A DNA stretch of 43,965 bases from Acidimicrobiia bacterium (GTDB lineage: Bacteria > Actinomycetota > Acidimicrobiia > IMCC26256 > PALSA-555), in contig JBBDWT010000038.1 of assembly GCA_040902705.1 (NCBI GenBank), forward strand, positions 1-43,965, written 5' to 3'. The translations under genes were made by a program, and so were the position numbers. The notes under the pieces were generated by a model. It made no database searches and had not been told where the DNA came from. It worked only from the letters and a program-made list of their open reading frames with translations. Each line of letters opens with the position of its first letter. Within the stretch, counting starts at the first letter, position 1. Positions 25,001 through 34,454 of this stretch are shown here, in pieces.

Positions 25001-25838
25001 CTTCAGCGCTGCCGACGTCGCCGCGCTGCGCAAGGCGTCCGGCGCCGGGATGATGGACTGCAAGACGGCGCTCCAGGAGAACGACGGCGACCTCGAGGCC
25101 GCCAAGGACTGGCTGCGCAAGAAGGGCCTCGCGGGCGCGCAGAAGCGCGCTGGGCGTGCCGCCGAGCAAGGTGCGGTCGAGGTGCTCGTCGACGGTGGTG
25201 TCGGCGCGGTCGTCGAGCTGACCGCCGAGACCGACTTCGTCGCCAAGGGCGCCGACTTCACCGCCACCGTCGAGAAGCTGGCCAAGCTCGCGATCGAGGG
25301 GGGCAAGGACGAGCTCGCCGAGCTCGAGTTCGAGGGCACGACGGTGGGGGAGCACGTCACCCAGCTCGCCGCCAAGCTCGGTGAGAACGTCGCGCTCGGG
25401 CGGGTGATCGTGTTCGAGACGGCCGACGGCGTGCTCGACGGCTACAAGCACATCCAGAGCGGACGCGGCACGATCGGCGTCCTCGTGGAGGTCGGCGGGG
25501 TCGAGAAGGGCGACGCGAAGGCCAAGGAGCTCGCGCACGACATCGCGCTGCACATCGCCTCCGCCGCGCCGAGGTGGCTGTCGCGTGACGACGTGCCCGC
25601 CGACGTGGTCGAGAAGGAGCGCGCGGTCCTCGAAGAGCTCACGCGCAACGAGGGTAAGCCCGAGAACGCGCTGGAGAAGATCGTCGAGGGGCGCCTCAAC
25701 GGCTTCTACAAGGACAACACGCTGCTCGAGCAGGGCTTCGTGAAGGAGCCGAAGAAGTCGATCGCGAAGGTCGTCGAGGAGTTCGGCGGAGGCGCCGAGG
25801 TCCGTCGCTTCGCGCGGGTCAAGATCGGCGAGGAGTAG
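24993..25838 (+). CDS. tsf: translation elongation factor Ts
   Basis: ATG 24993 overlaps the rpsB end by 8 nt. The UBA-like N-terminus is [37 protein letters not shown]. Confidence 0.95.
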   Translation: MADFSAADVAALRKASGAGMMDCKTALQENDGDLEAAKDWLRKKGLAGAQKRAGRAAEQGAVEVLVDGGVGAVVELTAETDFVAKGADFTATVEKLAKLAIEGGKDELAELEFEGTTVGEHVTQLAAKLGENVALGRVIVFETADGVLDGYKHIQSGRGTIGVLVEVGGVEKGDAKAKELAHDIALHIASAAPRWLSRDDVPADVVEKERAVLEELTRNEGKPENALEKIVEGRLNGFYKDNTLLEQGFVKEPKKSIAKVVEEFGGGAEVRRFARVKIGEE

Positions 25839-25936
25839 CGCTCAGCGGTTCGCTCGTCCGGCAGAGGCCGTCGGAGGATCGGAGGGGTCGGAAGTAGGGT
25901 GACCTCCCGGGCCGACCAGATGGAGGATCGACCGGG

Positions 25937-26668
25937 ATGTCCGGGAGCAAGTACAGCCGAGTGGTGCTGAAGCTCTCGGGTGAGGCGTTCGCCGACACGA
26001 CCATCGGGTACGGCATCGATGCCGTCGTCGTGCAGCGCATCGCCGAAGAGGTCGCGAGTGCTCGTGCCGACCTCGGCGTCGAGATCGCGATCGTCGTCGG
26101 CGGCGGCAACATCTGGCGGGGCATGAGCGGCGCGACGCGCGGCATGGACCGCGCCCGCGCCGACTACATGGGCATGCTCGCCACCGTCATCAACGCGCTC
26201 GCGCTCGGTGACGCGCTCGAGTCGGTCGACCAACCGACCCGCGTGCAGACGGCGATCACGATGTCGCAGGTCGCGGAGCCGTTCATCCCGCGTCGCGCGA
26301 TCCGGCACCTCGAGAAGGGCCGGGTGGTGGTCTTCGCCGCCGGCACCGGCAACCCCTACTTCACGACCGACACCACCGCGGCCTTGCGCGCGGCCGAGAT
26401 CGGCGCCGAAGCGATCCTCAAGGGGACGCACTCCGGCGTGGACGGCGTCTACTCGGCCGACCCCCGCCTCGACCCGAGCGCGGTCAAGCTCACCGAGGTC
26501 AGCCACTTCGAGGTGCTGAACCGACGGCTCCAGGTGATGGACTCCACCGCGATCACGTTCTGCATGGACAACCGGCTCCCGATCATCGTCTTCGACGTGA
26601 TGGAGCCGGGCAACATCCGCCGCGCGCTGCTCGGCGAGCCGATCGGCACCGTCGTCAACACCGCCTGA
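25937..26668 (+). CDS. pyrH: UMP kinase
   Basis: [23 protein letters not shown] and [13 protein letters not shown] motifs. Confidence 0.95.
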   Translation: MSGSKYSRVVLKLSGEAFADTTIGYGIDAVVVQRIAEEVASARADLGVEIAIVVGGGNIWRGMSGATRGMDRARADYMGMLATVINALALGDALESVDQPTRVQTAITMSQVAEPFIPRRAIRHLEKGRVVVFAAGTGNPYFTTDTTAALRAAEIGAEAILKGTHSGVDGVYSADPRLDPSAVKLTEVSHFEVLNRRLQVMDSTAITFCMDNRLPIIVFDVMEPGNIRRALLGEPIGTVVNTA

Positions 26669-26681
26669 AAGACTGCGAGCG

Positions 26682-27266
26682 ATGAGCACCAGCGACAACG
26701 AGATGAGCGACCTCGTGATCGAGGAGACGCGCGACAAGATGCGCAAGGCGATCGACCACCTCAAGGTCGACTTCGGCGGCGTGCGAACCGGCCGCGCCAG
26801 CTCCGCGATCGTCGAGAAGCTCCGGGTCGACTACTACGGCTCCGAGGTCGTGCTCCAGACGATCGCCGGCTTCAGCGTGCCGGAGCCGCGCACGCTCGTC
26901 ATCTCGCCGTACGACAAGAGTCCCGACGCGATCAAGGCGATCGAGAAGGCGATCCAGACGTCCGACCTCGGCATGACGCCGAGCAACGACGGCTCGGTGA
27001 TCCGCCTCAACTTCCCGCAGCTCACGGAGGAGCGCCGGCGCGAGCTGGTGAAGGTCGTCAAGACCCGAGCCGAGAACCAGAAGGTCGTCGTGCGCGAGAT
27101 CCGGCGCGACGCGCGCAAGGACCTCGAGTCGCTCGCGAAGGACGGCGACATCTCCGAGGACGACCTCGCCCGCGTCGAGAAGGAGCTCGAGAAGCACACC
27201 CATGACGTGATCGCCGAGATCGACACGCTCCTGGGCCACAAGGAGAGAGAGCTCCTCGAGGTCTGA
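26682..27266 (+). CDS. frr: ribosome recycling factor
   Basis: RTGRASSAIVEKLRVDYYGS, PQLTEERRRELVK and the length (194 aa) fit RRF. Confidence 0.95.
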   Translation: MSTSDNEMSDLVIEETRDKMRKAIDHLKVDFGGVRTGRASSAIVEKLRVDYYGSEVVLQTIAGFSVPEPRTLVISPYDKSPDAIKAIEKAIQTSDLGMTPSNDGSVIRLNFPQLTEERRRELVKVVKTRAENQKVVVREIRRDARKDLESLAKDGDISEDDLARVEKELEKHTHDVIAEIDTLLGHKERELLEV

Positions 27267-27482
27267 GGAGGACGGGCTCTCTGGACCCGGGTCGTGAAGA
27301 CCGCTCCGACGCCGGCTCCCGACGCCCGGGAGGCCCTTCGCCCGCCTGGGTTGAGCCGTGCGGGCCCGGTGGGGAGCGTTTTCCACCGGCGGGGTGTCCC
27401 CGAGTTGCCAACGGGTCTACCCTGTTATCTCTGCGGATTCGTCACGGTTGTGACTCGATGTGGCGGATGTGAGGGGAGTGGC

Positions 27483-29003
27483 GTGTCTGACTGGCGTGAC
27501 GACGAACACGGGAACCAGGAGTGGGCCGACGAACGGGATCAGCAGCCCGCGCGTCGTGAGGGTGTGAGGGTCGTCGGCGGCGACGCCGACGACCCGGCGG
27601 CCATCGCCGACCCGACCGCCCCGGCCGGCCGGTTCGCGCTTCCCGACGACGGCGGCACGTGGTCGGCGCCGGGCCAGCAGGCTTCGGTCGGGCCCCGCGG
27701 TCCCGGAGACGACGCGCAGCTCCCGCACTGGACCGAGCCCCCGACGGGTGAGGTGCCGAGTGCGCTGGGTGGCGGCGGCACCGGCGACGACTTCGACTCG
27801 TGGTCCTCCGGCGGGGGGCCGCGCTTCCGTGTCGGCAACTCCGACTGGGCCGACGACGACTTCGGGGGACTCGGCAAGGACGAAACGACATCGGTCGGCG
27901 CGCTCGCCGACGACGAGTTGGCCGAGCCGCCGCGCCGACGGGGACGGCGCAGTCGTCGGGGCCGCCGCGGCCGCGGTGGTGACGAGCAAGCAGGCGGGCT
28001 CGAGGGCGGCCAAGCCGAGCCGCCGCCCGCACCCGGCTACGAGGGCTACGGCGGGCAGTACGGCGCGGACCAGTACGCCACCGGCCCGCAGGGCGCCGCT
28101 CCGTACGTCTCGCAGTACGGCGCGGGGGAGTACGACGAGCAGTACGGCGAGTACGGCGCGGAGCCGTACCCCGAAGAGGAGCACGCCGCTCCCGGCGCGG
28201 ACCTTCCGGCACGGGTGATCACGGCGGTCGTCGTCGCGGTCGTCGCGCTCGCCGCGTTCGCCGCGGGGCGGGCGCCGGCGATGCTGCTGGTGACGGTGCT
28301 CGTCGGCGCGTGCGCGTTCGAGCTCTACGAGGCGTTCCGGCGCGCCGGCTACCACACCGCTACTGCGGTCGGCCTGCTCGGCTGCGTCGCGATCGTGCCG
28401 CTCGCGTACGACATCGGGGAGCGGGCGTTCCCGCTCGTCGGGCTGCTCGTGGTGGTGTTCACGTTCCTCTGGTACCTGCTCGAGGTCGTCCGGGCGCGCC
28501 CGACGATCAACATCGCGCTCACCCTGATGGTGTTCATGTGGGTCGGCTTCCTGGGTGCCTTCGCCGGCATGCTGCTGGCGCCCGATCCCGGCGGCACGGG
28601 CCTCCTGCTCGGCGTGATCATCTGCGCGGTCGGCGCCGACATCGTCGCCTACTTCGCCGGGCGCGCCATCGGGAAGACCCCGCTGCTCCCCGAGGTGTCG
28701 CCGCACAAGACCGTCGAGGGCCTCGTCGCCGGTGGCATCGCCGCCATCGTGCTGGGCGGCATCGTCGGGAGCGTGCTGCACCCGTGGGCCGACAAGGGGA
28801 TCGGCGCGGGGCTCGCGCTCGGGCTGCTCGTGGCGATCTCCGCACCGATCGGGGACCTGGCGGAGTCGCTCATCAAGCGCGACCTCGGCCTCAAGGATCT
28901 CGGATCGTTCCTGCCGGGTCACGGAGGGTTCCTCGACCGCTTCGACTCGATCCTCTTCGCGCTCCCGGCCGCGTTCTACGTGGCGCTCCAAGTCTTCTCG
29001 TGA
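27483..29003 (+). CDS. cdsA: phosphatidate cytidylyltransferase (CDP-diglyceride synthase) with a ~240-aa disordered N-terminal extension
   Basis: The C-terminal polytopic domain ends in the CdsA signature SLIKRDLGLKDLGSFLPGHGGFLDRFDS. The start is placed at GTG 27483 after GAGGGGAG (27471-27478). The part of the track ORF upstream of this (from 27294) runs through a lower-GC, promoter-like stretch. Confidence 0.85.
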   Translation: MSDWRDDEHGNQEWADERDQQPARREGVRVVGGDADDPAAIADPTAPAGRFALPDDGGTWSAPGQQASVGPRGPGDDAQLPHWTEPPTGEVPSALGGGGTGDDFDSWSSGGGPRFRVGNSDWADDDFGGLGKDETTSVGALADDELAEPPRRRGRRSRRGRRGRGGDEQAGGLEGGQAEPPPAPGYEGYGGQYGADQYATGPQGAAPYVSQYGAGEYDEQYGEYGAEPYPEEEHAAPGADLPARVITAVVVAVVALAAFAAGRAPAMLLVTVLVGACAFELYEAFRRAGYHTATAVGLLGCVAIVPLAYDIGERAFPLVGLLVVVFTFLWYLLEVVRARPTINIALTLMVFMWVGFLGAFAGMLLAPDPGGTGLLLGVIICAVGADIVAYFAGRAIGKTPLLPEVSPHKTVEGLVAGGIAAIVLGGIVGSVLHPWADKGIGAGLALGLLVAISAPIGDLAESLIKRDLGLKDLGSFLPGHGGFLDRFDSILFALPAAFYVALQVFS

Positions 29004-29057
29004 TCCTGCGCCGGGTCCCGGACATCGGGCCTGGCGCGACGTGATACGCCGTAGGGC

Positions 29058-30218
29058 ATGACGCGCGTCGCGGTTCTCGGGTCGACCGGCTCCGTCGGCA
29101 CCCAGGCGCTCGACGTGATCCGGCGCCACCGCGAGCGCCACGGGAGCTCCGGCAAGAACGGCGACGGCTATCAGGTCGTCGCCCTCGCGGCGGGGCGCAA
29201 CACCGAGCTGCTCGCCGCGCAGGCCGAAGAGTTCGGTGTGCCGCCCGAACGGGCCCGGTCCGGGCTCGACGACCCCCACGCGCTCGCCGAGCTGGCGGCC
29301 CTCGACGACGCCGACGTCGTGCTCAACGCCGTCGTCGGGTTCGCGGGCCTGCCCGCGACGATCGCCGCGCTCGAGGCCGGCAAGCGCCTCGCGTTGGCCA
29401 ACAAAGAGAGCCTCATCGCCGGCGGGCCCGTCGTGCGCGCCGCACGCGACCGCGGCAAGGGCGAGATCGTCCCCGTGGACTCCGAGCACTCCGCGCTGTA
29501 CCAGGCGCTGCGCGGCGGACGGCGCGAGGAGGTCTCGCAGCTGCTGCTCACCGCGAGCGGTGGCCCGTTCCGCGGGCGCACCCGGGAGGAGCTCGCGCTG
29601 GTCACGGTCGAGGACGCGCTGAAGCACCCGACCTGGGACATGGGCGCCAAGATCACCATCGACTCGTCGACGCTCATGAACAAGGGCCTCGAGGTCATCG
29701 AGGCCCACGAGCTCTTCGACGTGACCTACGACCAGGTCGGTGTCGTCGTGCACCCGCAGTCCGTGATCCACGGCATGGTGGAGTTCTGCGACGGTGCCGT
29801 CATCGCACAGCTGTCGATGCCCGACATGCGCCTCCCCATCGGGCTCGCCCTCGGCGCCCCCGACCGCCTCGACGAGGCCTTCGGCCCGATCGACTGGTCG
29901 ACCCTCGGGACGCTGACCTTCGAGCCGCCCGACCTCGAGGCCTTCCCCTGCCTGGCGCTCGCCTACGAGGCCGGGCGCGCGGGCGGAGGGGCCCCGGCGG
30001 TGCTCTCGGGGGCCAACGAGGTGGCCGTCGAGGCCTTCCTGGAGCGGCGGATCCCCTGGCTGGGCATCGCTGATGTCAACGGGGCCGTCCTGGCGAGCGA
30101 GACTGGTGCGACGGGGAACGTCCGAGAGGTCGCCGACGTTCTCGAAGCCGACCGGGTCGCGCGAGCACGGGCCCGGATCGAGGTCGACCGGATCTCGAGC
30201 CGCATGAGCACGACATGA
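29058..30218 (+). CDS. dxr: 1-deoxy-D-xylulose 5-phosphate reductoisomerase
   Basis: VAVLGSTGSVGTQALDV, LANKESLI, VDSEHSA and HPTWDMGAKITIDSSTLMNKGLEVIEAH motifs. Confidence 0.95.
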   Translation: MTRVAVLGSTGSVGTQALDVIRRHRERHGSSGKNGDGYQVVALAAGRNTELLAAQAEEFGVPPERARSGLDDPHALAELAALDDADVVLNAVVGFAGLPATIAALEAGKRLALANKESLIAGGPVVRAARDRGKGEIVPVDSEHSALYQALRGGRREEVSQLLLTASGGPFRGRTREELALVTVEDALKHPTWDMGAKITIDSSTLMNKGLEVIEAHELFDVTYDQVGVVVHPQSVIHGMVEFCDGAVIAQLSMPDMRLPIGLALGAPDRLDEAFGPIDWSTLGTLTFEPPDLEAFPCLALAYEAGRAGGGAPAVLSGANEVAVEAFLERRIPWLGIADVNGAVLASETGATGNVREVADVLEADRVARARARIEVDRISSRMSTT

Positions 30219-30269
30219 CCCCTCCGACCACGACCACCCCATGACGTCAACCGGAACGGAAGCCCGCAG

Positions 30270-31547
30270 GTGAAGGACCCGCTCGAGGAAGCCTCCGCCG
30301 ACGTCGACCGGCGCGGCGCGGCGTTCATCCTCCTGGCCGTCGTGGTCGGGCTCGTCGGGCTCGCGATCGTGCGTCCGGGCGCACGCGACGCGCTCCTGAT
30401 CGTCTTCGGCATCGTCTTGATGGTCATGCTCCACGAGGCCGGGCACCTGCTCGCGGCGCGGCGGGCGGGCATGAAGGCCACCGAGTTCTTCGTCGGGTTC
30501 GGGCCCCGGCTGTGGTCGTTCAAGCGCGGCGAGACCGAGTACGGCGTGAAGGCGATCCCCGCCGGCGGCTACGTCCGCATCCTCGGCATGAGCAACCTCG
30601 AGCAGCCGATCGAGGAGTACGACGAGCACGACCAGCCGACCGGCACATGGGTCCACGACTACGCACCGTCCGACGAGCCCCGCACGTTCCGCCGCGGCTC
30701 CTACCGGAACCGGCTCGTCGTCGTGCTCGCCGGCGTCACCGTGAACCTCATCATCGCGTTCCTCCTCTTCTTCATCGTCATCGCCGGGCAAGGTCGCGTG
30801 TCCGATGGCCCGAGCACGCGCATCTCGAGCGTGGTCGACGGATCCGCCGCGGCCGCCGCCGAGATGCGCGTCGGCGACCGGGTCGTGGCGGTCGACGGAA
30901 CGCGGATCTCCGACTGGGACGAGCTCAAGGATTCGATCGAGGCGCACGGCGGCACGACCGCGACCTTCACGGTCGTGCGCAAGGGAGAAGAGGTCTCACT
31001 CGAGGCCACGCCGAAGGAGCGCGACGGCCTCGGTTTCCTCGGCATCAGCCCGGGGACGCAGTACCGCGACGTCGGCGTGTTCGAGGCGATCCCCGAGTCG
31101 TTCCGCACGATGGGCGAGATCACCGTCGGGACCGCGGAGGGGATCGGCCGGATCTTCTCGCCCTCCGGCGTCGAGCGTTACTCGCAGAACTTCACGTCGA
31201 ACGCGCCCAAGGCGGGCAGCGCAGCCGCTCAGGACCGGCCGATGTCGCTCGTCGGCATCGTCGACCAGGGGAGCCAGATCGTCGACGGCAACATCTGGGC
31301 GCTCCTGTGGCTGCTCGGCGGCATCAGCCTGATCCTCGCCCTCTTCAACATGCTCCCGCTCCTGCCGTTCGACGGTGGTCACGCCGCGGTCGTCGGGTAC
31401 GAGTGGATCGCGTCGAAGGTGAAGCACCGAGAGGTGCGGGTCGACTTCCGCCGGCTGATGCCCGTCACCGCCGTCGTGCTCGCCGTGTTCCTCACGCTCG
31501 GGCTCAGCGCGATGTTCCTCGACATCCGCCAAGCGGTCGGCAACTAG
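30270..31547 (+). CDS. rseP: RIP metalloprotease RseP/Rip1 (M50 site-2 protease)
   Basis: HEAGHLLAARRAGM (HExxH in a TM helix), a PDZ segment (AAAEMRVGDRVVAVDG), and NMLPLLPFDGGH (the LDG motif). Confidence 0.92.
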   Translation: MKDPLEEASADVDRRGAAFILLAVVVGLVGLAIVRPGARDALLIVFGIVLMVMLHEAGHLLAARRAGMKATEFFVGFGPRLWSFKRGETEYGVKAIPAGGYVRILGMSNLEQPIEEYDEHDQPTGTWVHDYAPSDEPRTFRRGSYRNRLVVVLAGVTVNLIIAFLLFFIVIAGQGRVSDGPSTRISSVVDGSAAAAAEMRVGDRVVAVDGTRISDWDELKDSIEAHGGTTATFTVVRKGEEVSLEATPKERDGLGFLGISPGTQYRDVGVFEAIPESFRTMGEITVGTAEGIGRIFSPSGVERYSQNFTSNAPKAGSAAAQDRPMSLVGIVDQGSQIVDGNIWALLWLLGGISLILALFNMLPLLPFDGGHAAVVGYEWIASKVKHREVRVDFRRLMPVTAVVLAVFLTLGLSAMFLDIRQAVGN

Positions 31548-31573
31548 CACCGCGCCTCGTCGGCGCGGAACCC

Positions 31574-32209
31574 ATGTTGCTCAACCGGGCTGCGCTCGAC
31601 GGAATCGAGTCCGGCGCCATCGACCTCCAGTTCCGGCGCTGGCGTCGCCCGACGGTCAAGGCGGGTGGACGGCTCCGCAGTCGGATCGGTGAGCTGTCGA
31701 TCGACGCGGTGGAGATCGTCGACCCGGCGCGCATCACCGCCGCCCAGGCCAAGCGGGCCGGGTTCGACTCGCCGGCCGCGCTGCTGAAGGTGCTCGACCA
31801 GCGCGACGAGGGCGAGGTGTACCGCGTCACGCTGCACCTGGCGGGGCCCGACTCGCGGATCGCGCTCCGCGAGCAGGCTGCGCTCACCGCCGACGATGTC
31901 GCGGAGCTCGATCGACGCCTGGCCCGCTTCGACCAGGCCAGTCGCCACGGCCCGTGGACGCGCACGACGCTCGAGCTGATCGTGCAGCGGCCGGCGGTGC
32001 GGGCACCCGAGCTCGCCGAGTCGGTCGGGCGCGAGACCGCCCCCTTCAAGACCGACGTCCGCAAGCTCAAGGAGCTCGGCCTCACCGAGAGCCTCGCGGT
32101 CGGGTACCGCCTGTCGCCCCGCGGCGAGGCGTACCTCGAGCGCAGCACCCCCGTCCCGCCGGGGAGAGGAGCGGGGGACGAAGGGAAGGAAGGTGCGGCT
32201 GGTATCTGA
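31574..32209 (+). CDS. hypothetical protein, tentatively an ASCH/PUA-like N-domain plus a winged-helix C-domain
   Basis: ATG 31574 lies inside the out-of-frame track ORF 30512..32209. Good GC3. N-terminus: IDLQFRRWRRPTVKAGGRLRSRIGELSIDAVEIV...YRVTL. C-terminus: VRAPELAESVGRETAPFKTDVRKLKELGLTES is HTH-like. The domain assignment is by recollection only. Confidence 0.6.
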   Translation: MLLNRAALDGIESGAIDLQFRRWRRPTVKAGGRLRSRIGELSIDAVEIVDPARITAAQAKRAGFDSPAALLKVLDQRDEGEVYRVTLHLAGPDSRIALREQAALTADDVAELDRRLARFDQASRHGPWTRTTLELIVQRPAVRAPELAESVGRETAPFKTDVRKLKELGLTESLAVGYRLSPRGEAYLERSTPVPPGRGAGDEGKEGAAGI

Positions 32210-32226
32210 TCGGATACCATTGACCC

Positions 32227-32544
32227 ATGGACGCGAGCACCCTCCTGCGTGAGGCCCGAGAGCGGGCCGGGCTGACGCTGCGCCAGCTCGCGACCCGGGC
32301 GGGCACCTCGCACTCGACCCTCTCGACGTACGAGTCGGGGCAGAAGATCCCGACCTTCACGACGCTGGCGAGGATCGTCCGGGCGGCCGGCTTCGCGTTG
32401 GAGCTCGACCTCGCCCCCATCGCAGGTGGGCTCGATCGCGAGGCGCGCGGCCGTGAGCTCCTCGACGTGCTCGAGCTCGCCGAGATGTTCCCGGCGCGCC
32501 ACGCGTCGTCGCTCGACTCCCCCCGCTTCCGGCGCGTCGCGTGA
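32227..32544 (+). CDS. XRE-family helix-turn-helix protein (candidate antitoxin or regulator)
   Basis: LREARERAGLTLRQLATRAGTSHSTLSTYESGQKIPTFTTLARIV is a textbook Cro/C1-type HTH. 105 aa. The stop overlaps the next gene's GTG (GTGA). Confidence 0.85.
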   Translation: MDASTLLREARERAGLTLRQLATRAGTSHSTLSTYESGQKIPTFTTLARIVRAAGFALELDLAPIAGGLDREARGRELLDVLELAEMFPARHASSLDSPRFRRVA

Positions 32545-33086
32545 GCCTGGCGGCCAAGATCGTCGCGCTGCACCACGCGCTCGACGATGCCGAGATCCCC
32601 CACGCGTTCGGTGGCGCGCTCGCGCTCGCCTGGTGCACGCAGCGGGCTCGCGGCACGATCGACGTCGACCTGAACGTGTTCGTCGGCCTCGACCGAACCC
32701 GCGACGTCATGGCGGCGCTTCCCGCAGAGGTCGTCCGGAGCGAGGCCGATCGCATGACGCTCGAACGCGACGGACAGGTCCGGGTGTGGTGGGACGCCAC
32801 ACCCGTCGACCTGTTCCTCAACACGACCCCGTACCACGAGGAGCTCGCGCGCCGGACACACCTCGAGCCGTTCGCCGGTGACGACGTGCCGTTCCTCGGC
32901 TGCACCGACCTCGCGGTCTTCAAGGCGTTCTTCGACCGGACGAGGGACTGGGCCGACCTCGAGGAGATGGCGGCCGCGGGCACGCTGGACCGCGAGCTCG
33001 TCCTCGGGATCCTCGTGCAGTACCTCGGTCCGGACGACCCGCGCATCGCGCGGCTGCGCGAGCTCCCCGATCGCCCCGATCGCTGA
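32541..33086 (+). CDS. minimal Pol-beta-superfamily nucleotidyltransferase (candidate toxin or effector)
   Basis: 181 aa. HAFGGALALAWCTQRARGTIDVDLNVF fits hG[GS]-x(9-14)-DhD. ATPVDLFL supplies a third acidic residue. The C-terminal FKAFFDRTRDWADLEEM resembles the K..a.R.kD..D motif of DUF6036/AbiEii-like NTases (recollection, not searched). Confidence 0.7.
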   Translation: MSLAAKIVALHHALDDAEIPHAFGGALALAWCTQRARGTIDVDLNVFVGLDRTRDVMAALPAEVVRSEADRMTLERDGQVRVWWDATPVDLFLNTTPYHEELARRTHLEPFAGDDVPFLGCTDLAVFKAFFDRTRDWADLEEMAAAGTLDRELVLGILVQYLGPDDPRIARLRELPDRPDR

Positions 33087-33206
33087 GGACCCCGCTCGCC
33101 ACCCCGCTCGTCCTCCACCCCCTCGCGGCTGCGTTGCGCACGGTGCGTGCGGTGCCTGCGCCCCGGGGGCGTGCGGTCGAGGGTGTGCCCGTAGGCTGGT
33201 GGCGGC

Positions 33207-34439
33207 ATGGACACCTCGGTCGACCTCGCGCAGCGCTTCCCTCGCCGCCAGACCCGTCAGGTGACGGTGGGCAACGTGGCGATCGGAGGCGGCGCGCCGA
33301 TCTCGGTGCAGTCCATGACCACCACCAAGACCGCCGACGTCGAGGGGACGCTCACCCAGATCTACGCGCTCGCCGGCGCGGGGTGCGACATCGTGCGATG
33401 CACCTGCAACGAGGAGGAAGCGGCCGAGGGACTGGCGCAGATCGTGCCGCGCTCCCCGGTCCCGGTCATCGCCGACATCCACTTCCAGTACCGGCTCGCG
33501 CTGGCCGCGATGGAGGCCGGGGTCCAGGGTCTGCGCCTCAACCCCGGGAACATCCGCAAGCCCGAGCAGATCAAGGCGGTCGCGGCCGAGGCGCGCGATC
33601 GCGGCCTGCCGATCCGGATCGGCGTCAACGCCGGGAGCCTCGACCCGGAGATCGAGGAGCGGCACGGCGGTGCCACGCCGGAGGCACTCGTCGAGTCCGC
33701 GGTGCGCGAGCTCGCGTACTTCCGCGAGGTCGACTTCGAGGACGTGAAGATCTCGGTGAAGGCCTCGAGCGTTCCGCTCATGATCGAGTCGTACCGCCAG
33801 CTCTCCGAGACCGTCGACTATCCCCTGCACCTCGGTGTGACCGAGGCCGGTCCGCCGCCCGCGGGGGTCGTGAAGTCGACTGCGGGAATCGGCACGTTGC
33901 TCGTCGAGGGCATCGGCGACACCATCCGCTACTCGCTCACCGCCGACCCGGTCGAAGAGGCCAAGGCCGGGCGCACGCTGCTGGAGTCGCTGGGGCTGCG
34001 CGAGCGCAAGGACGTCGACCTGATCGCCTGCCCGAGCTGCGGGCGCGCCGAGGTCGACGTGATCGCGGTCGCCAACGAGGCGCAGCGCGCGCTCGAAGGC
34101 CGCAACATCCCGCTCCAGGTCGCGGTGATGGGATGCGTCGTCAACGGGCCGGGCGAGGCCAAGGGCGCGGACCTCGGCATCGCGGCCGGGCGGGGCAAGG
34201 GCCACCTGTTCGTGCGCGGCCAGGTCGTGCGCGTCGTGCCCGAGTCAGAGATGGTGAGCGCGCTCGTCGCCGAGGCCGAGCTGATCATGGCCGAGGGCAT
34301 CGACGCCGCGCTCGCCGCAGCTGATGCCGGCGCCGCAGCCGAGGCCGAGGCGGCGCGCGAAGAGCTCATCCAGATCCAGGGCGTCGACGCGAACCAGTCG
34401 TCGGAGAAGATCGCCAAGATCCGCGAGATCGCCGAGTAG
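33207..34439 (+). CDS. ispG: 4-hydroxy-3-methylbut-2-en-1-yl diphosphate synthase
   Basis: PISVQSMTTT, RLNPGN and CPSCGR...VAVMGCVVNGPGE (Fe-S ligands). Ala/Glu-rich C-terminal tail. Confidence 0.95.
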   Translation: MDTSVDLAQRFPRRQTRQVTVGNVAIGGGAPISVQSMTTTKTADVEGTLTQIYALAGAGCDIVRCTCNEEEAAEGLAQIVPRSPVPVIADIHFQYRLALAAMEAGVQGLRLNPGNIRKPEQIKAVAAEARDRGLPIRIGVNAGSLDPEIEERHGGATPEALVESAVRELAYFREVDFEDVKISVKASSVPLMIESYRQLSETVDYPLHLGVTEAGPPPAGVVKSTAGIGTLLVEGIGDTIRYSLTADPVEEAKAGRTLLESLGLRERKDVDLIACPSCGRAEVDVIAVANEAQRALEGRNIPLQVAVMGCVVNGPGEAKGADLGIAAGRGKGHLFVRGQVVRVVPESEMVSALVAEAELIMAEGIDAALAAADAGAAAEAEAAREELIQIQGVDANQSSEKIAKIREIAE

Positions 34440-34454
34440 CGCGGCCCGCGGGAC

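Noticed and set aside
27441-27454. Palindrome GTCACGGTTGTGAC and TTGCCA/TATCTC hexamers upstream of cdsA as a defined operator/promoter
   Set aside because: The hexamer spacing (15 nt) is suboptimal and the palindrome is short. This is plausible promoter territory because GC is locally lower, but the support is too weak to list as a feature.
27417-30947. 1176-aa ORF on the - strand spanning cdsA, dxr and rseP
   Set aside because: It is antisense to three genes with unmistakable family motifs. Its translation is R/A/G/P/D-rich low complexity with no motif. This is a typical shadow ORF of very GC-rich DNA.
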